NCBI GenBank assembly: GCA_007118345.1
Contig: SKRR01000011.1
Coordinates: forward strand, 1-33,784
Source: Microthrixaceae bacterium
GTDB taxonomy: Bacteria > Actinomycetota > Acidimicrobiia > Acidimicrobiales > Microtrichaceae
Length of the DNA: 33,784 nucleotides
Direction of reading: 5' to 3'
Positions 9,508 to 18,584 of this stretch are shown here, piece by piece. The position numbers were made by a program, and so were the translations under genes. Numbering within the stretch: the first letter of the stretch is position 1; each line of letters opens with the position of its first letter. The notes under the pieces are model-generated. The model saw only the letters and a program-made list of their open reading frames with translations. It was not told the origin of the DNA and made no database searches.

Positions 9508-9541
9508 CCGGCGGCGGCACCCGAGGGGTCGCCGCCGCCGG
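9508..9541. terminator. GC-rich hairpin in the convergent MFS/fadE intergenic region, a candidate bidirectional terminator
   Basis: ccggcggcggc-accc-gag-gggt-c-gccgccgccgg has 11-bp perfect arms plus a 4-bp inner stem. No U-tract is present, which is common in actinobacteria. Confidence 0.4.
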
Positions 9542-9569
9542 AGCAGCACGTCGGGTCGCTGCGGTGCGG

Positions 9570-10802
9570 CTACTCGATGCGCAGACCGGTGATGGCCCGG
9601 GCGATCACCAGCTGCTGGATCTGCTCGGTGCCTTCGAAGATGTCGTAGATCTTCGAGTCGCGGTGCCAGCGCTCCACCGGGTACTCCCGGGTGTAGCCGT
9701 AGCCGCCGAGGATCTGGATGGCCCGCTCGGTGACCCACACCGCCGTGCGGCCCGCCATGAGCTTGGACATCGAGCCCTCGCCCATCGTGTAGCCGCCGCC
9801 GTTCTTCGACAGCCACGACGCACGCCAGATCATGAGCCGTGAGGCCTCGATCTGGGTGGCCATGTCGGCGAGCATGAAGGCGATCGACTGGTTCATGATG
9901 ATCGGCTTGCCGAAGGCGTGCCGCTCCTGGGCGTACTGCAGGGCGTACTCGTACGCCGCCCGGGCGATGCCGACCGCCTGCGCGCCCACGGCGGGGCGGG
10001 TCGCCTCGAAGGTGGCCATCGCGGGCTGCTTGCCCGAGGAGACCTGCGGGTTCGTCAGCGCCTCGCGTGCCTTGGCGAGCTTCTCGTCGAGCTTCTCCTT
10101 GCCGCCGAGCAGGCACGAACCCGGGATGCGGACGTCGTCGAGCACGACCTCGGAGGTGTGGCTGGCCTTGATGCCGTGCTTCTTGTACTTCTGTCCCATG
10201 GACAGGCCGGGCGTGTTCGGTGGGACCACGAAGCTGGCCTGCCCGCGACCCTTCAGCTCGGGGTCGACCGCGGCCACGACCACGTGGATGTCGGCGATGC
10301 CACCGTTGGTGATCCACGCCTTGGTGCCGTTGAGCACCCACTCGTCGTTCGCCTCGTCGTACACCGCCCGGGTGCGCAGCGAGGACACGTCGGAGCCGGC
10401 GTCGGGCTCGGAGACACAGAAGGCACCGAGCTGCACCTTCTCGGGAGTGCCGTAGCACTGGGGCACCCACTCCATGGTCTGCTCCGGGGTGCCGTTGCCG
10501 GCGATGCCCGCCGCGGCGAGCGATGAACCGAAGATCGACAGCCCGATGCCGGCGTCGCCCCAGAACAACTCCTCGAGGGCCACGGGCATGGTCAACCCGG
10601 TGGGGTCACCGAGCATCGCCTGGGCGATGAAGTCGAAGGAGTACAGCCCGATCTTGGCGGCTTCCTCGACGATCGGCCACGGGAACTCCTCCCGCTCGTC
10701 CCACTCCTCGGCAGCGGGACGAACCACGTCCTCTGCGAAGTCGTGGATCCACTTCTGGATCTGGAGTTGGTCCTCATTGAGGGAGACGGAGAAGTCGCTC
10801 AT
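9570..10802 (-). CDS. fadE: Acyl-CoA dehydrogenase (FadE-like)
   Basis: The 410-aa protein from MSDFSVSLNEDQLQIQKW has all three ACAD domains and ends ...YGYTREYPVERWHRDSKIYDIFEGTEQIQQLVIARAITG, the canonical ACAD C-terminus with catalytic Glu. The 592-aa track ORF is a 5' over-extension. Confidence 0.9.
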   Translation of the reverse strand: MSDFSVSLNEDQLQIQKWIHDFAEDVVRPAAEEWDEREEFPWPIVEEAAKIGLYSFDFIAQAMLGDPTGLTMPVALEELFWGDAGIGLSIFGSSLAAAGIAGNGTPEQTMEWVPQCYGTPEKVQLGAFCVSEPDAGSDVSSLRTRAVYDEANDEWVLNGTKAWITNGGIADIHVVVAAVDPELKGRGQASFVVPPNTPGLSMGQKYKKHGIKASHTSEVVLDDVRIPGSCLLGGKEKLDEKLAKAREALTNPQVSSGKQPAMATFEATRPAVGAQAVGIARAAYEYALQYAQERHAFGKPIIMNQSIAFMLADMATQIEASRLMIWRASWLSKNGGGYTMGEGSMSKLMAGRTAVWVTERAIQILGGYGYTREYPVERWHRDSKIYDIFEGTEQIQQLVIARAITGLRIE

Positions 10803-10822
10803 CGGTGCCTCGGCTTTCCGGT

Positions 10823-10862
10823 GGTTACCTGCGGGTAGGTTACCCATGGGTAACCACATGTG
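10823..10862. promoter_or_regulatory. Candidate operator with an 18-bp perfect palindrome GGTTACCCATGGGTAACC (10838-10855). It also has an upstream direct half-site GGTTACC (10823-10829) and an adjacent CACATGTG palindrome.
   Basis: Read directly. It is centred about 45 bp upstream of the fadE ATG and about 95 bp upstream of the divergent XRE-family gene. Confidence 0.4.
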
Positions 10863-10942
10863 CCAAGGGGGCGGATCTGCCCGCGCAGGAACCCTCAGGT
10901 CGACGGCCGCCGTGCCGATGCAGAGGGTGAGGAGCGTGAGCG

Positions 10943-11863
10943 ATGGACACGACGACCACCACCGGCGGCGCCCTGCGACGGGCCCGCGAACTCGCAGGAT
11001 TGAGCACCGGCGGCGCTGCGCGCCGAATGGGTGTGCCCAGTTCGGCGCTGCGTGCCTGGGAGAACGGGCGGGCTGCACCGACTCCGCATCAGGTCGAGGT
11101 CGCCGCGACCCTGTACGGCAACGACCTGGCGCAACTGTGGCCCGACCGATCACCGCTGCAACACCCCAGCCGACCCGGCGTGCTGGTGATCGGCACCGAG
11201 ACCGTCGACGTCGGTTCCGACGAAGTGGGTCGACGTCCCGACAACCACACCGTGCTGGTCCAGTACCTCGCCGCGGTCCGCCGCCAGCGTGGCCTGGCGC
11301 CCGACGAACGCGTCGACCTGCGCGGCAACGACGTGACGGCCCTCGCACGGGTGCTCGATCTGGACGACGCGCACCTCGACGCCGAGCTGCAACGCCTGCT
11401 GGACCTCACTCCGACGGGCTCGCGCATGACGCTGCGAGCCATGGTGGTCGCCTCGTTGATGGCGGTCGCGGCCACCGGCGTCGTCGCGGGCTCGTGGATC
11501 GCGCCGACCGCGACCGCTGCCGAGCAGGACGAGCCGGTCGCGACCCTCGAGGCCGACGCCACGGCGACGGATGTCCACGAGACCGCCGAGGCCGAGCTGA
11601 CCACACCGGTTGCCGGGGCGAGCAGCACGGTCCAGGAGCGTCGGCCGGTGTTCAGCACCGAGCCGAACGCACCCACCGCCGGGGTCGAACTCGCCCCCGC
11701 CGTGTTCGCCCTTGCGCCCGCCAGCGAGTGGAGCTACGTCGAGGACGCGCCGTTCTCGACCGACCCCGCCGACGGCGCGCCGGGCGTGATCGTGGAGATG
11801 CTCGACGAGGAGCTCCCCGGGCCGATCGGCCAACTCGGTCTGCCCGTCGCGCCCACCGAGTAG
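10943..11863 (+). CDS. Membrane-anchored XRE-family HTH protein with a cytoplasmic HTH, one TM helix and an acidic Ala/Thr/Pro-rich extracytoplasmic tail
   Basis: It carries LRRARELAGLSTGGAARRMGVPSSALRAWENGRAAPTPHQV (HTH_XRE), then the TM segment MTLRAMVVASLMAVAATGVVAGSWIA, then a D/E-rich low-complexity C-terminus. A GGTGAGGAG SD lies upstream. Confidence 0.65.
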   Translation: MDTTTTTGGALRRARELAGLSTGGAARRMGVPSSALRAWENGRAAPTPHQVEVAATLYGNDLAQLWPDRSPLQHPSRPGVLVIGTETVDVGSDEVGRRPDNHTVLVQYLAAVRRQRGLAPDERVDLRGNDVTALARVLDLDDAHLDAELQRLLDLTPTGSRMTLRAMVVASLMAVAATGVVAGSWIAPTATAAEQDEPVATLEADATATDVHETAEAELTTPVAGASSTVQERRPVFSTEPNAPTAGVELAPAVFALAPASEWSYVEDAPFSTDPADGAPGVIVEMLDEELPGPIGQLGLPVAPTE

Positions 11864-11876
11864 TCAGCAGGAGGCG

Positions 11877-13238
11877 TCAACCGGGGCGCACCACGGTGCC
11901 CGCTGCTGAGTCCTCCACCACGTAGCCCGCATCGGTGAGCTGGTCGCGCAACGCGTCCGCCTCGGCCCAGTCCTTCGCCGCTCGCGCTGCGTCTCGACGC
12001 CGCGCCAGTTCGACCACGTCGTCCGGGACGTCGCCCGTCTCGGCGCGCAGCTCGACCCCGAGCGCCGACAACACCTCCCGCCAGCCGGCGACCAGGGGGG
12101 CGGCAGCGGTCACATCACCGGCGTCGAGCAGCCGGTTCACCTCGGTGACCAGGCCGAACACCTGGGCCATCGCAGCGGCGGTGTCGAGGTCGTCGTCCAT
12201 CACACGACGGAACGCCTCGATCACCTCGGGTGACGGATCGACCACATCCGACCCGGCGGTGCGGCGCGCGAGCGCGTCCAGACGATCGAGCGCCGCCTCG
12301 GCACTCTCGATCGTGGTGGCAGTGACCTCGAGCGGCGAGCGGTAGTGCGACTGCAGCACGAGCACCCGGTAGGCGCGGGGGTCGTGCTGCGCGATCAGGT
12401 CGGTGAGCGTCGTGAAGTTGCCGAGCGACTTCGACATCTTCTCGCCCCCGACCTCGACGAAGCCGTTGTGGACCCAGTGCACGGCGAACCCACGACCGAG
12501 GGCGACGGACTGGGCGCGTTCGTTCTCGTGGTGCGGGAAGGCGAGATCGAGCCCGCCACCGTGGAGGTCGAAGCGCTCCCCCAACAGGTCGAGGCTCATG
12601 ACCACGCACTCGGTGTGCCAGCCCGGCCGGCCGTCGCCCCACGGAGAGGGCCACGACGGCTCCCCGGGTTTGGCGAGCTTCCACAGCGCGAAGTCCGCAG
12701 GGTGGCGCTTGTCGCCGCCGCCGACGATCTCGCGTTCGCCGCCACCGGCCCGCAGATCGTCGAGCGACTGGTGAGCGAGCAGCCCGTAGCCCTCGACGGA
12801 CTCGACCGACAGGTACACGCCGTCGGGGGTGGAATAGGCGGCACCACGGTCGATCAACTCACCGATCATCGCGACCATCTGCTCCACGTAGCCGGTCGCG
12901 TGAGGGTCGTGGTCGGGCCGGCGCACGCCGATCGCATCCATCGCGGCGTACCAGACGTCTTCGTACTCGGCAGTGAGCTCCTGCCACGGCCGCTGCTCGG
13001 CACCGGCACGCTCGATGATCTTGTCGTCGATGTCGGTGATGTTCGACACATAGGTGACCTCGAGTCCCGACCACGCCAGGTAGCGGCGGAGCACGTCGAA
13101 CACCAACGCGAAGCGACCATGACCCAGGTGCGGCGGTCCGTAGACCGTGGGACCGCACACGTACATCGACACCCTGCCCTGGTCGCGCAGCTCCAGCTGG
13201 CGGACCGCGCCGCTGGCGGTGTCGTGCAGTCGGATCAT
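11877..13238 (-). CDS. cysS: Cysteine--tRNA ligase
   Basis: HIGH motif PPHLGHGR, KMSKS motif GEKMSKSLGN, zinc-site Cys/His residues and a C-terminal ...AKDWAEADALRDQLTDAGYVVEDSAAGTVVR all match CysS rather than the shorter MshC. The ATG at 13238 begins MIRLHDTASG. Confidence 0.92.
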   Translation of the reverse strand: MIRLHDTASGAVRQLELRDQGRVSMYVCGPTVYGPPHLGHGRFALVFDVLRRYLAWSGLEVTYVSNITDIDDKIIERAGAEQRPWQELTAEYEDVWYAAMDAIGVRRPDHDPHATGYVEQMVAMIGELIDRGAAYSTPDGVYLSVESVEGYGLLAHQSLDDLRAGGGEREIVGGGDKRHPADFALWKLAKPGEPSWPSPWGDGRPGWHTECVVMSLDLLGERFDLHGGGLDLAFPHHENERAQSVALGRGFAVHWVHNGFVEVGGEKMSKSLGNFTTLTDLIAQHDPRAYRVLVLQSHYRSPLEVTATTIESAEAALDRLDALARRTAGSDVVDPSPEVIEAFRRVMDDDLDTAAAMAQVFGLVTEVNRLLDAGDVTAAAPLVAGWREVLSALGVELRAETGDVPDDVVELARRRDAARAAKDWAEADALRDQLTDAGYVVEDSAAGTVVRPG

Positions 13239-13340
13239 GGCCGTCGATGCTATCGGTACACCCCCCGACCACCGTCCGGTGCTGCTCGTCCTCGACGCCG
13301 CCTTCTCAATGCCGGACCCCCATCGGTCGATAGGCACCGG

Positions 13341-14621
13341 GTGAACCCCGACACCTCCACCGCCACGACCACGAGGAACTCGACCGCGACGACGGCCTGC
13401 GCGACGACGCCGTCGGCCACCACCGCGATGACGGTCGCGGGCCCCGCCGTGGTCGCCGGGGCGGTCGTGGTGGTCGCCGAGCTCTCGGGTCCGGTCGAGC
13501 TCGTCGTGATCGCCCTGGGCGTGGCAGCGGCGCTGTGGGCGACGCTGCACCTCGTGGTCAGTCCCCTCGTCGCACAGATCGCCTCGGCGCGGCGGACCGC
13601 GCTCGACGCCGAGGCCGAGCTCATCGCCGAGCGCTCGACCGCCGACGTGCGGGAGCGACTGGAACGCGCCCTGCGGGTCTCGGAGTCCGAGCCGACCACC
13701 CTGCGCACCGGATTGCGCGCAGTGGCCGAACTGGCACCCGACACCGACGTGTCGCTGCTGTTGAACCTCCCTGACGAACCGCGTGTCGGCTGGCGCATCC
13801 AGCTCGCCGACGGTGCACTCGAAACTGCGCAACAGGTTCCGGACCGCCCCTCGTGTGCTGCACTGAGCTCGGGTCGTACGGCGGTGTCACGAAGCTCCGC
13901 AGGGCTCGACGCGTGCGCCCACCTGCATGCCCCAGACCTCGAGGTGTCGTCGATCTGCGTGCCGCTCCGCCTCGGCGAACGACTGCTGGGATCGGTGTGC
14001 GTGCAGGGCCCGGCCGGCGAACTCCCGGATCAGCGCACCATCGATCACCTCGAGTGGGCGGTCGACCGGATGGGCGTGCGCGCCGCCGAACAACGGCTCC
14101 AGCGGGGACCGAGCACCCACGCTCCGGTCGATCCGGTCACCGGGTTGCCCGGAACGTCCGCGCTGCGGACCCACCTTCGGGACCTCGTGCGATCGCTCAT
14201 CCCGTTCTGCGTCGCGGTGATCGAACCGGACGGGTCCTTCGACGCCGGCGCTGCGACCGGGGTCGACCACCAGAGCCGGTTCGACGACGACCTGCGACTC
14301 CTCGGCGACGTGCTGTGCGCCACGCTGCGTCCCGACGATCTGGTTTGTCGCCTCGGCGGCCAGCGCCTGGCCGCGGTGCTCACCCAGTGCTCGGCCGACC
14401 AGGCCACCTCGGCGCTGGAACGCGCGCGCGAGTCGATGGTGCTCACCGTCGCCGAGGTCGGCGGTGCGCCGGTGACCACCTCTGCCGGTGTGGTCGAGTC
14501 ACACCGGGTCAGCTCGCTCGAGGAGCTGATCGACGAGGCCACCGCAGCCTGTCACCGTGCCGGCGAGCAGGGCGGCAACCGGGTGATGGTCGCCGGCGAG
14601 CAGCTCACGACCGAGGGTTGA
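13341..14621 (+). CDS. Membrane-anchored GAF-like plus degenerate GGDEF domain protein, probably inactive as a cyclase, possibly a c-di-GMP receptor or scaffold
   Basis: An N-terminal TM region (AVVAGAVVVVAELSGPVELVVIALGVAAALWATL) is followed by a GAF-like region. The GGDEF fold follows (PVDPVTGLPGTSALRTHLRDL...CVAVIEPDG...), but the active-site motif reads RLGGQRL instead of GG[DE]EF. The start is uncertain: GTG at 13341 or ATG at 13428. The 5' 1 kb of the 758-aa track ORF is antisense to cysS. Confidence 0.7.
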   Translation: MNPDTSTATTTRNSTATTACATTPSATTAMTVAGPAVVAGAVVVVAELSGPVELVVIALGVAAALWATLHLVVSPLVAQIASARRTALDAEAELIAERSTADVRERLERALRVSESEPTTLRTGLRAVAELAPDTDVSLLLNLPDEPRVGWRIQLADGALETAQQVPDRPSCAALSSGRTAVSRSSAGLDACAHLHAPDLEVSSICVPLRLGERLLGSVCVQGPAGELPDQRTIDHLEWAVDRMGVRAAEQRLQRGPSTHAPVDPVTGLPGTSALRTHLRDLVRSLIPFCVAVIEPDGSFDAGAATGVDHQSRFDDDLRLLGDVLCATLRPDDLVCRLGGQRLAAVLTQCSADQATSALERARESMVLTVAEVGGAPVTTSAGVVESHRVSSLEELIDEATAACHRAGEQGGNRVMVAGEQLTTEG

Positions 14622-14645
14622 TCCACCGGCCGTAACATCGCCGCC

Positions 14646-14969
14646 GTGCCCGACGGTCCCCCACGCGAGTTCCCCCGCATCGTGCAGATCTTCCGGGTGA
14701 TCGCAGTGATCGAGGCGTTCACCTATCTGCTGCTCATCGCGGCGAGCATCGCCCGACGCGGCTTCGGTGTCGAGGGCATCGTGCCCGTCATGGGACTCGT
14801 CCACGGGGTGATCTTCCTCGTGTACGTCGCAGTGGCCCTCGTGGCCCGCCGTGAGTTGCGCTGGCCGCTGCAGGAGACGCTGTTCGTGCTCGCCGCGGCG
14901 ATCATCCCGCTCGGCGGCATCGTCGTCGAACGGCGACTGCACGACGAGGCCGCCGTCCTCCGCCGCTGA
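14646..14969 (+). CDS. Small integral membrane protein, DUF3817-like
   Basis: The 107-aa protein has three hydrophobic helices (FRVIAVIEAFTYLLLIAA...VMGLVHGVIFLVYVAVALVA...LFVLAAAIIPLGGIVVERRL). This pattern matches an actinobacterial DUF3817-type small membrane protein. It starts with GTG. Confidence 0.7.
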   Translation: MPDGPPREFPRIVQIFRVIAVIEAFTYLLLIAASIARRGFGVEGIVPVMGLVHGVIFLVYVAVALVARRELRWPLQETLFVLAAAIIPLGGIVVERRLHDEAAVLRR

Positions 14970-15043
14970 CGCGGCCGCGCCGACCGTTCCGTGATGCGAG
15001 CGGCGCGCTTCTCCGCGTCCGTCGCATCACCGAACCGGCGAAC

Positions 15044-15853
15044 TCACCCCAGGAGGTCCACGGGCGGTCGGCCGTCGACGATGCGCTGCACCCGGTCGAG
15101 CGCCCCGAGCGCGACCTCTGGTTGCGGCAGCACCCAGAAGCGGCGTTCGGCCACCGCGTCGACGATCGCATCAGCGACGGTCGCCGGCTCCGCTCCCGCG
15201 TCGACCCCGGCGCGAATGGTCGTCGCGACCTGCTCGGCGACCGGAGAGAGCTGCTCGTCCTCGATCCCCGCGGCAGCGAGTGAGGTCACCGGCATCGGAG
15301 TGCGGATGTTGCCGGGACAGACGACCGACACCCCCACACCCGGAGCGACCCGGGCCAGTTCATGGTGGGTCGACTCCATGAGGCCGACCACGGCATGTTT
15401 GCTCGCGGTGTACGCCGACAACCCGGGTGCCGCGACGAGACCGGCACCCGACGCGACCGCCACCACGTGCCCCCGCCCGTTGTCGACCATGACGGGCAGC
15501 GCCGCACGCACGCCGTGGACGACGCCCCACAGGTTGACCCGCACGTGCAGGTCCCACTGTGTCTCGGGCAGCTCCCAGACCAGTCCCGGCAGCACCACGC
15601 CGGCGTTCAGCACGCTCAACCCGAGCCCACCGAGGTCGAGTGCTGCCTCGACGAGCACCGCGTGGTGATCCCCCTCGGCCACGTCACCGACCACTGCCTC
15701 GCACACCGCGGTCGCCGGGAGCTCGCCGACGAGACGGTCGAGCGCCACCGGGTCGCGGTCGGCCACCACGAGCGACCAGCCGTCGTCGGCCAGCCGGTGC
15801 GCCACCGCGGTGCCGATCCCGCCGCCTGCTCCGGTCACGATCGCTGCGTCCAC
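15044..15853 (-). CDS. Short-chain dehydrogenase/reductase (SDR)
   Basis: It has the TGAGGGIG cofactor motif, NAG, and S...YTASK catalytic residues. Confidence 0.9.
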   Translation of the reverse strand: MDAAIVTGAGGGIGTAVAHRLADDGWSLVVADRDPVALDRLVGELPATAVCEAVVGDVAEGDHHAVLVEAALDLGGLGLSVLNAGVVLPGLVWELPETQWDLHVRVNLWGVVHGVRAALPVMVDNGRGHVVAVASGAGLVAAPGLSAYTASKHAVVGLMESTHHELARVAPGVGVSVVCPGNIRTPMPVTSLAAAGIEDEQLSPVAEQVATTIRAGVDAGAEPATVADAIVDAVAERRFWVLPQPEVALGALDRVQRIVDGRPPVDLLG

Positions 15854-15937
15854 ATCGAACCCCCTGGCCGGGCCGCCTCATGACGACCGCTGCGGGATCG
15901 GACCGTAGTGGGCGCGGCCGGTACGCTTCGCAGCCGT

Positions 15938-18523
15938 ATGGCGCCGACTCCCCCCGCTCAACGTTCCGATCGATCGATCCCCGACAAACCCTCGGTGGAC
16001 GGACTCGAGGACCGGTGGACCGAGCAGTGGCGCGAGCAGGACACCTACGCGTTCGACCGCAGCGCACGACGCGACGAGGTGTTCGCGATCGACACCCCGC
16101 CTCCGACGGTCTCGGGTTCGCTGCACGTCGGCCACGTGTTCAGCTACACCCACACCGACACGATCGCCCGGTTCCAGCGGATGCGCGGACGCGCGGTCTT
16201 CTACCCGATGGGATGGGACGACAACGGGCTCCCCACCGAGCGGCGGGTCGAGAACTTCTTCGGGGTGCTCTGCGACCCGTCGTTGCCCCACGACGGGTCC
16301 TTCGAACCGCCGGAGCAGCCACCGAAGCAGCGCCGTGACTTCGTACCGACGAGCCGCCGGAACTTCATCGAGCTGTGTGAACGCCTGCTCGTGGTCGACG
16401 AGGAGGCGTTCGAGACGCTGTGGCGGCGGCTCGGCCTGTCGGTCGACTGGTCGCTGCAGTACTCGACGATCGACGAGGCGTCGCGCCGTGCCTCCCAGCG
16501 CGCCTTCCTGCGCAACCTCGCCCGCGGCGAGGCGTACTCGTCCGAGGCGCCATCGCTGTGGGACGTCACGTTCCAGTCCGCGGTCGCCCAGGCGGAGCTC
16601 GAGGACCGCGACCGGCCCGGCGCGTACCACCAGCTGGCCTTCCACCGCACCGACGGCGGCGGCGACGTGCTCATCGACACGACGCGACCCGAGCTGGTGA
16701 TCAGCTGTGTCGCGCTGGTCGCGCACCCCGATGACGAGCGGTTCCGGCCGTTGTTCGGCTCGACGGTCACCTCCCCCGTCTTCGGTGTCGAGGTGCCGGT
16801 GGTGGCCCACCCCCTCGCCGAGCCCGACAAGGGCACCGGCATCGCGATGATCTGCACGTTCGGCGATCTGACCGACGTGACATGGTGGCGCGAGCTCGAT
16901 CTGCCGACCCGTGCGGTCATCGGACGCGACGGCCGCTTCGCCACCGACCCACCCGACTGGCTGACCACCGACGCAGCACGTGAGCGCTACGCACACATCG
17001 CCCGCAAGGGCTCCGGCGGCGCCCGAGAGCAGATGGTCCAGCTCCTCCGGGACAACGACGAGCTGGTCGGCGACGTCCGCCCGATCGACCATCCGGTGAA
17101 GTTCTACGAAAAGGGTGACAAACCGCTCGAGATCGTCACCTCGCGCCAGTGGTACCTGCGCAACGGGGGACGATCCGAGGAGCTGCGCGCCGAGCTGCTC
17201 GCCCGCGGCGAACAGCTGCGCTGGCACCCCGACTACATGCGCCACCGCTTCGACAACTGGGTCGGCGGCCTCAACGGCGACTGGCTCGTGTCACGTCAGC
17301 GCTACTTCGGGGTGCCGTTCCCGGTGTGGTACCGGCTCGACGCCGAGGGCCTCCCCGATCACGACGACCCGATCGTGGCGAGCGAGGCCGACCTCCCCGT
17401 CGACCCGCAGTCCCAATGCCCGGCCGGGTTCACCGAGGACCAGCGCGGCGTGCCCGGCGGTTTCATCGGTGACCCCGACGTCATGGACACCTGGGCGACC
17501 TCGTCGCTCACACCGCAGATCGCGTGCCGGTGGGAGGACGACCCGGACCTGTTCGCCCGGGTCTTCCCCATGGATCTGCGCCCCCAGGGCCACGACATCA
17601 TCCGGACCTGGCTGTTCTCGACGGTGTTGCGCAGCCACTACGAGCACGACTCCCTGCCCTGGTCGAACGCCGCGCTGTCCGGGTGGATCCTCGATCCCGA
17701 CCGCAAGAAGATGTCGAAGTCGAAGGGCAACGTGGTCGTGCCCTCGCACCTGCTCGATCAGCACGGCGCCGACGGCGTCCGGTACTGGGCGGCCTCGGGG
17801 CGGCCGGGGACCGACACGGCCTTCGACGAACAGCAGATGAAGGTGGGGCGCAGACTCGCGATCAAGCTGCTGAACGCGTCGAGGTTCGCGCTCTCCTTCG
17901 GCAGCGTCGCTCCGGACACGCCGGTCACCGCCGCACTCGACCGGTCGATGCTGGCCACCCTGGCCCGACTCGTCGACGACGCGACCGCGGCCTTCGAGGC
18001 CTACGACTACGCACGGGCGCTGGAGCGCACCGAACAGTTCTTCTGGCGGTTCTGCGACGACTACCTCGAACTGGTCAAGGGCCGCGCCTACGAGGACGCG
18101 ACCGAGGGTCGCGCGTCGGCGATCGCAGCACTCACCCAGGCGCTGTCCACGCTGCACCGACTGTTCGCGCCGTTCCTGCCGTTCACCACCGAGGAGGCGT
18201 GGTCGTGGTGGATGGACGGGTCGGTCCACCACGCCGAGTGGCCGACTGCAGCGCCGCTGCGTCAGCTGGCGGGCGACGCAAACCCTGCGGCGCTCGAGGT
18301 GGCCGGTGCGGTGCTCTCGGAGCTCCGCGGCGCCAAGTCGGCGGCGAAGGCGTCGATGCGGGCGGAGTTGAGCGAGGTCGTCGTGACCGAGTCACCCGTG
18401 CAGTTGGAGCTGCTCGCCGGGGTCGCCGACGACGTCATCGCCGCCGGCCGGGTGCTCGAACTGCGCACCGAGCCCGGCGACTCGTTCGCTGTCCGGGCGA
18501 CCCTCGCCGCGCCCGAGGACTGA
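15938..18523 (+). CDS. valS: Valine--tRNA ligase
   Basis: The N-terminal region PSVDGLEDRWTEQWREQDTYAF, the HIGH motif SLHVGHVFSYT, KMSKSKGNVV, and a length of about 860 aa all fit ValRS. The ATG at 15938 is preferred over the upstream GTG. Confidence 0.92.
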   Translation: MAPTPPAQRSDRSIPDKPSVDGLEDRWTEQWREQDTYAFDRSARRDEVFAIDTPPPTVSGSLHVGHVFSYTHTDTIARFQRMRGRAVFYPMGWDDNGLPTERRVENFFGVLCDPSLPHDGSFEPPEQPPKQRRDFVPTSRRNFIELCERLLVVDEEAFETLWRRLGLSVDWSLQYSTIDEASRRASQRAFLRNLARGEAYSSEAPSLWDVTFQSAVAQAELEDRDRPGAYHQLAFHRTDGGGDVLIDTTRPELVISCVALVAHPDDERFRPLFGSTVTSPVFGVEVPVVAHPLAEPDKGTGIAMICTFGDLTDVTWWRELDLPTRAVIGRDGRFATDPPDWLTTDAARERYAHIARKGSGGAREQMVQLLRDNDELVGDVRPIDHPVKFYEKGDKPLEIVTSRQWYLRNGGRSEELRAELLARGEQLRWHPDYMRHRFDNWVGGLNGDWLVSRQRYFGVPFPVWYRLDAEGLPDHDDPIVASEADLPVDPQSQCPAGFTEDQRGVPGGFIGDPDVMDTWATSSLTPQIACRWEDDPDLFARVFPMDLRPQGHDIIRTWLFSTVLRSHYEHDSLPWSNAALSGWILDPDRKKMSKSKGNVVVPSHLLDQHGADGVRYWAASGRPGTDTAFDEQQMKVGRRLAIKLLNASRFALSFGSVAPDTPVTAALDRSMLATLARLVDDATAAFEAYDYARALERTEQFFWRFCDDYLELVKGRAYEDATEGRASAIAALTQALSTLHRLFAPFLPFTTEEAWSWWMDGSVHHAEWPTAAPLRQLAGDANPAALEVAGAVLSELRGAKSAAKASMRAELSEVVVTESPVQLELLAGVADDVIAAGRVLELRTEPGDSFAVRATLAAPED

Positions 18524-18554
18524 ACTGCGGCACCGCCCCTCGACGGTCCACGAT

Positions 18555-18568
18555 CCGCACGGGTGCGG
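18555..18568 (+). terminator. Short hairpin CCGCAC-GG-GTGCGG 30 nt after the valS stop
   Basis: Read directly. It is a 6-bp perfect stem with no U-tract. Confidence 0.3.
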
Positions 18569-18584
18569 CTCGTAGGCTCACGGC

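Noticed and set aside
8083-10470. 795-aa minus ORF spanning the MFS gene and fadE
   Set aside because: It is an Arg/Gly/His-rich artefact of 70% GC. The real genes are the + MFS transporter and the 410-aa ACAD in another frame.
12345-13340. 5' 1 kb of the 758-aa + ORF
   Set aside because: It is antisense to cysS, which has HIGH and KMSKS motifs. Only the region from about 13341 onward (TM, GAF, GGDEF) is credible.
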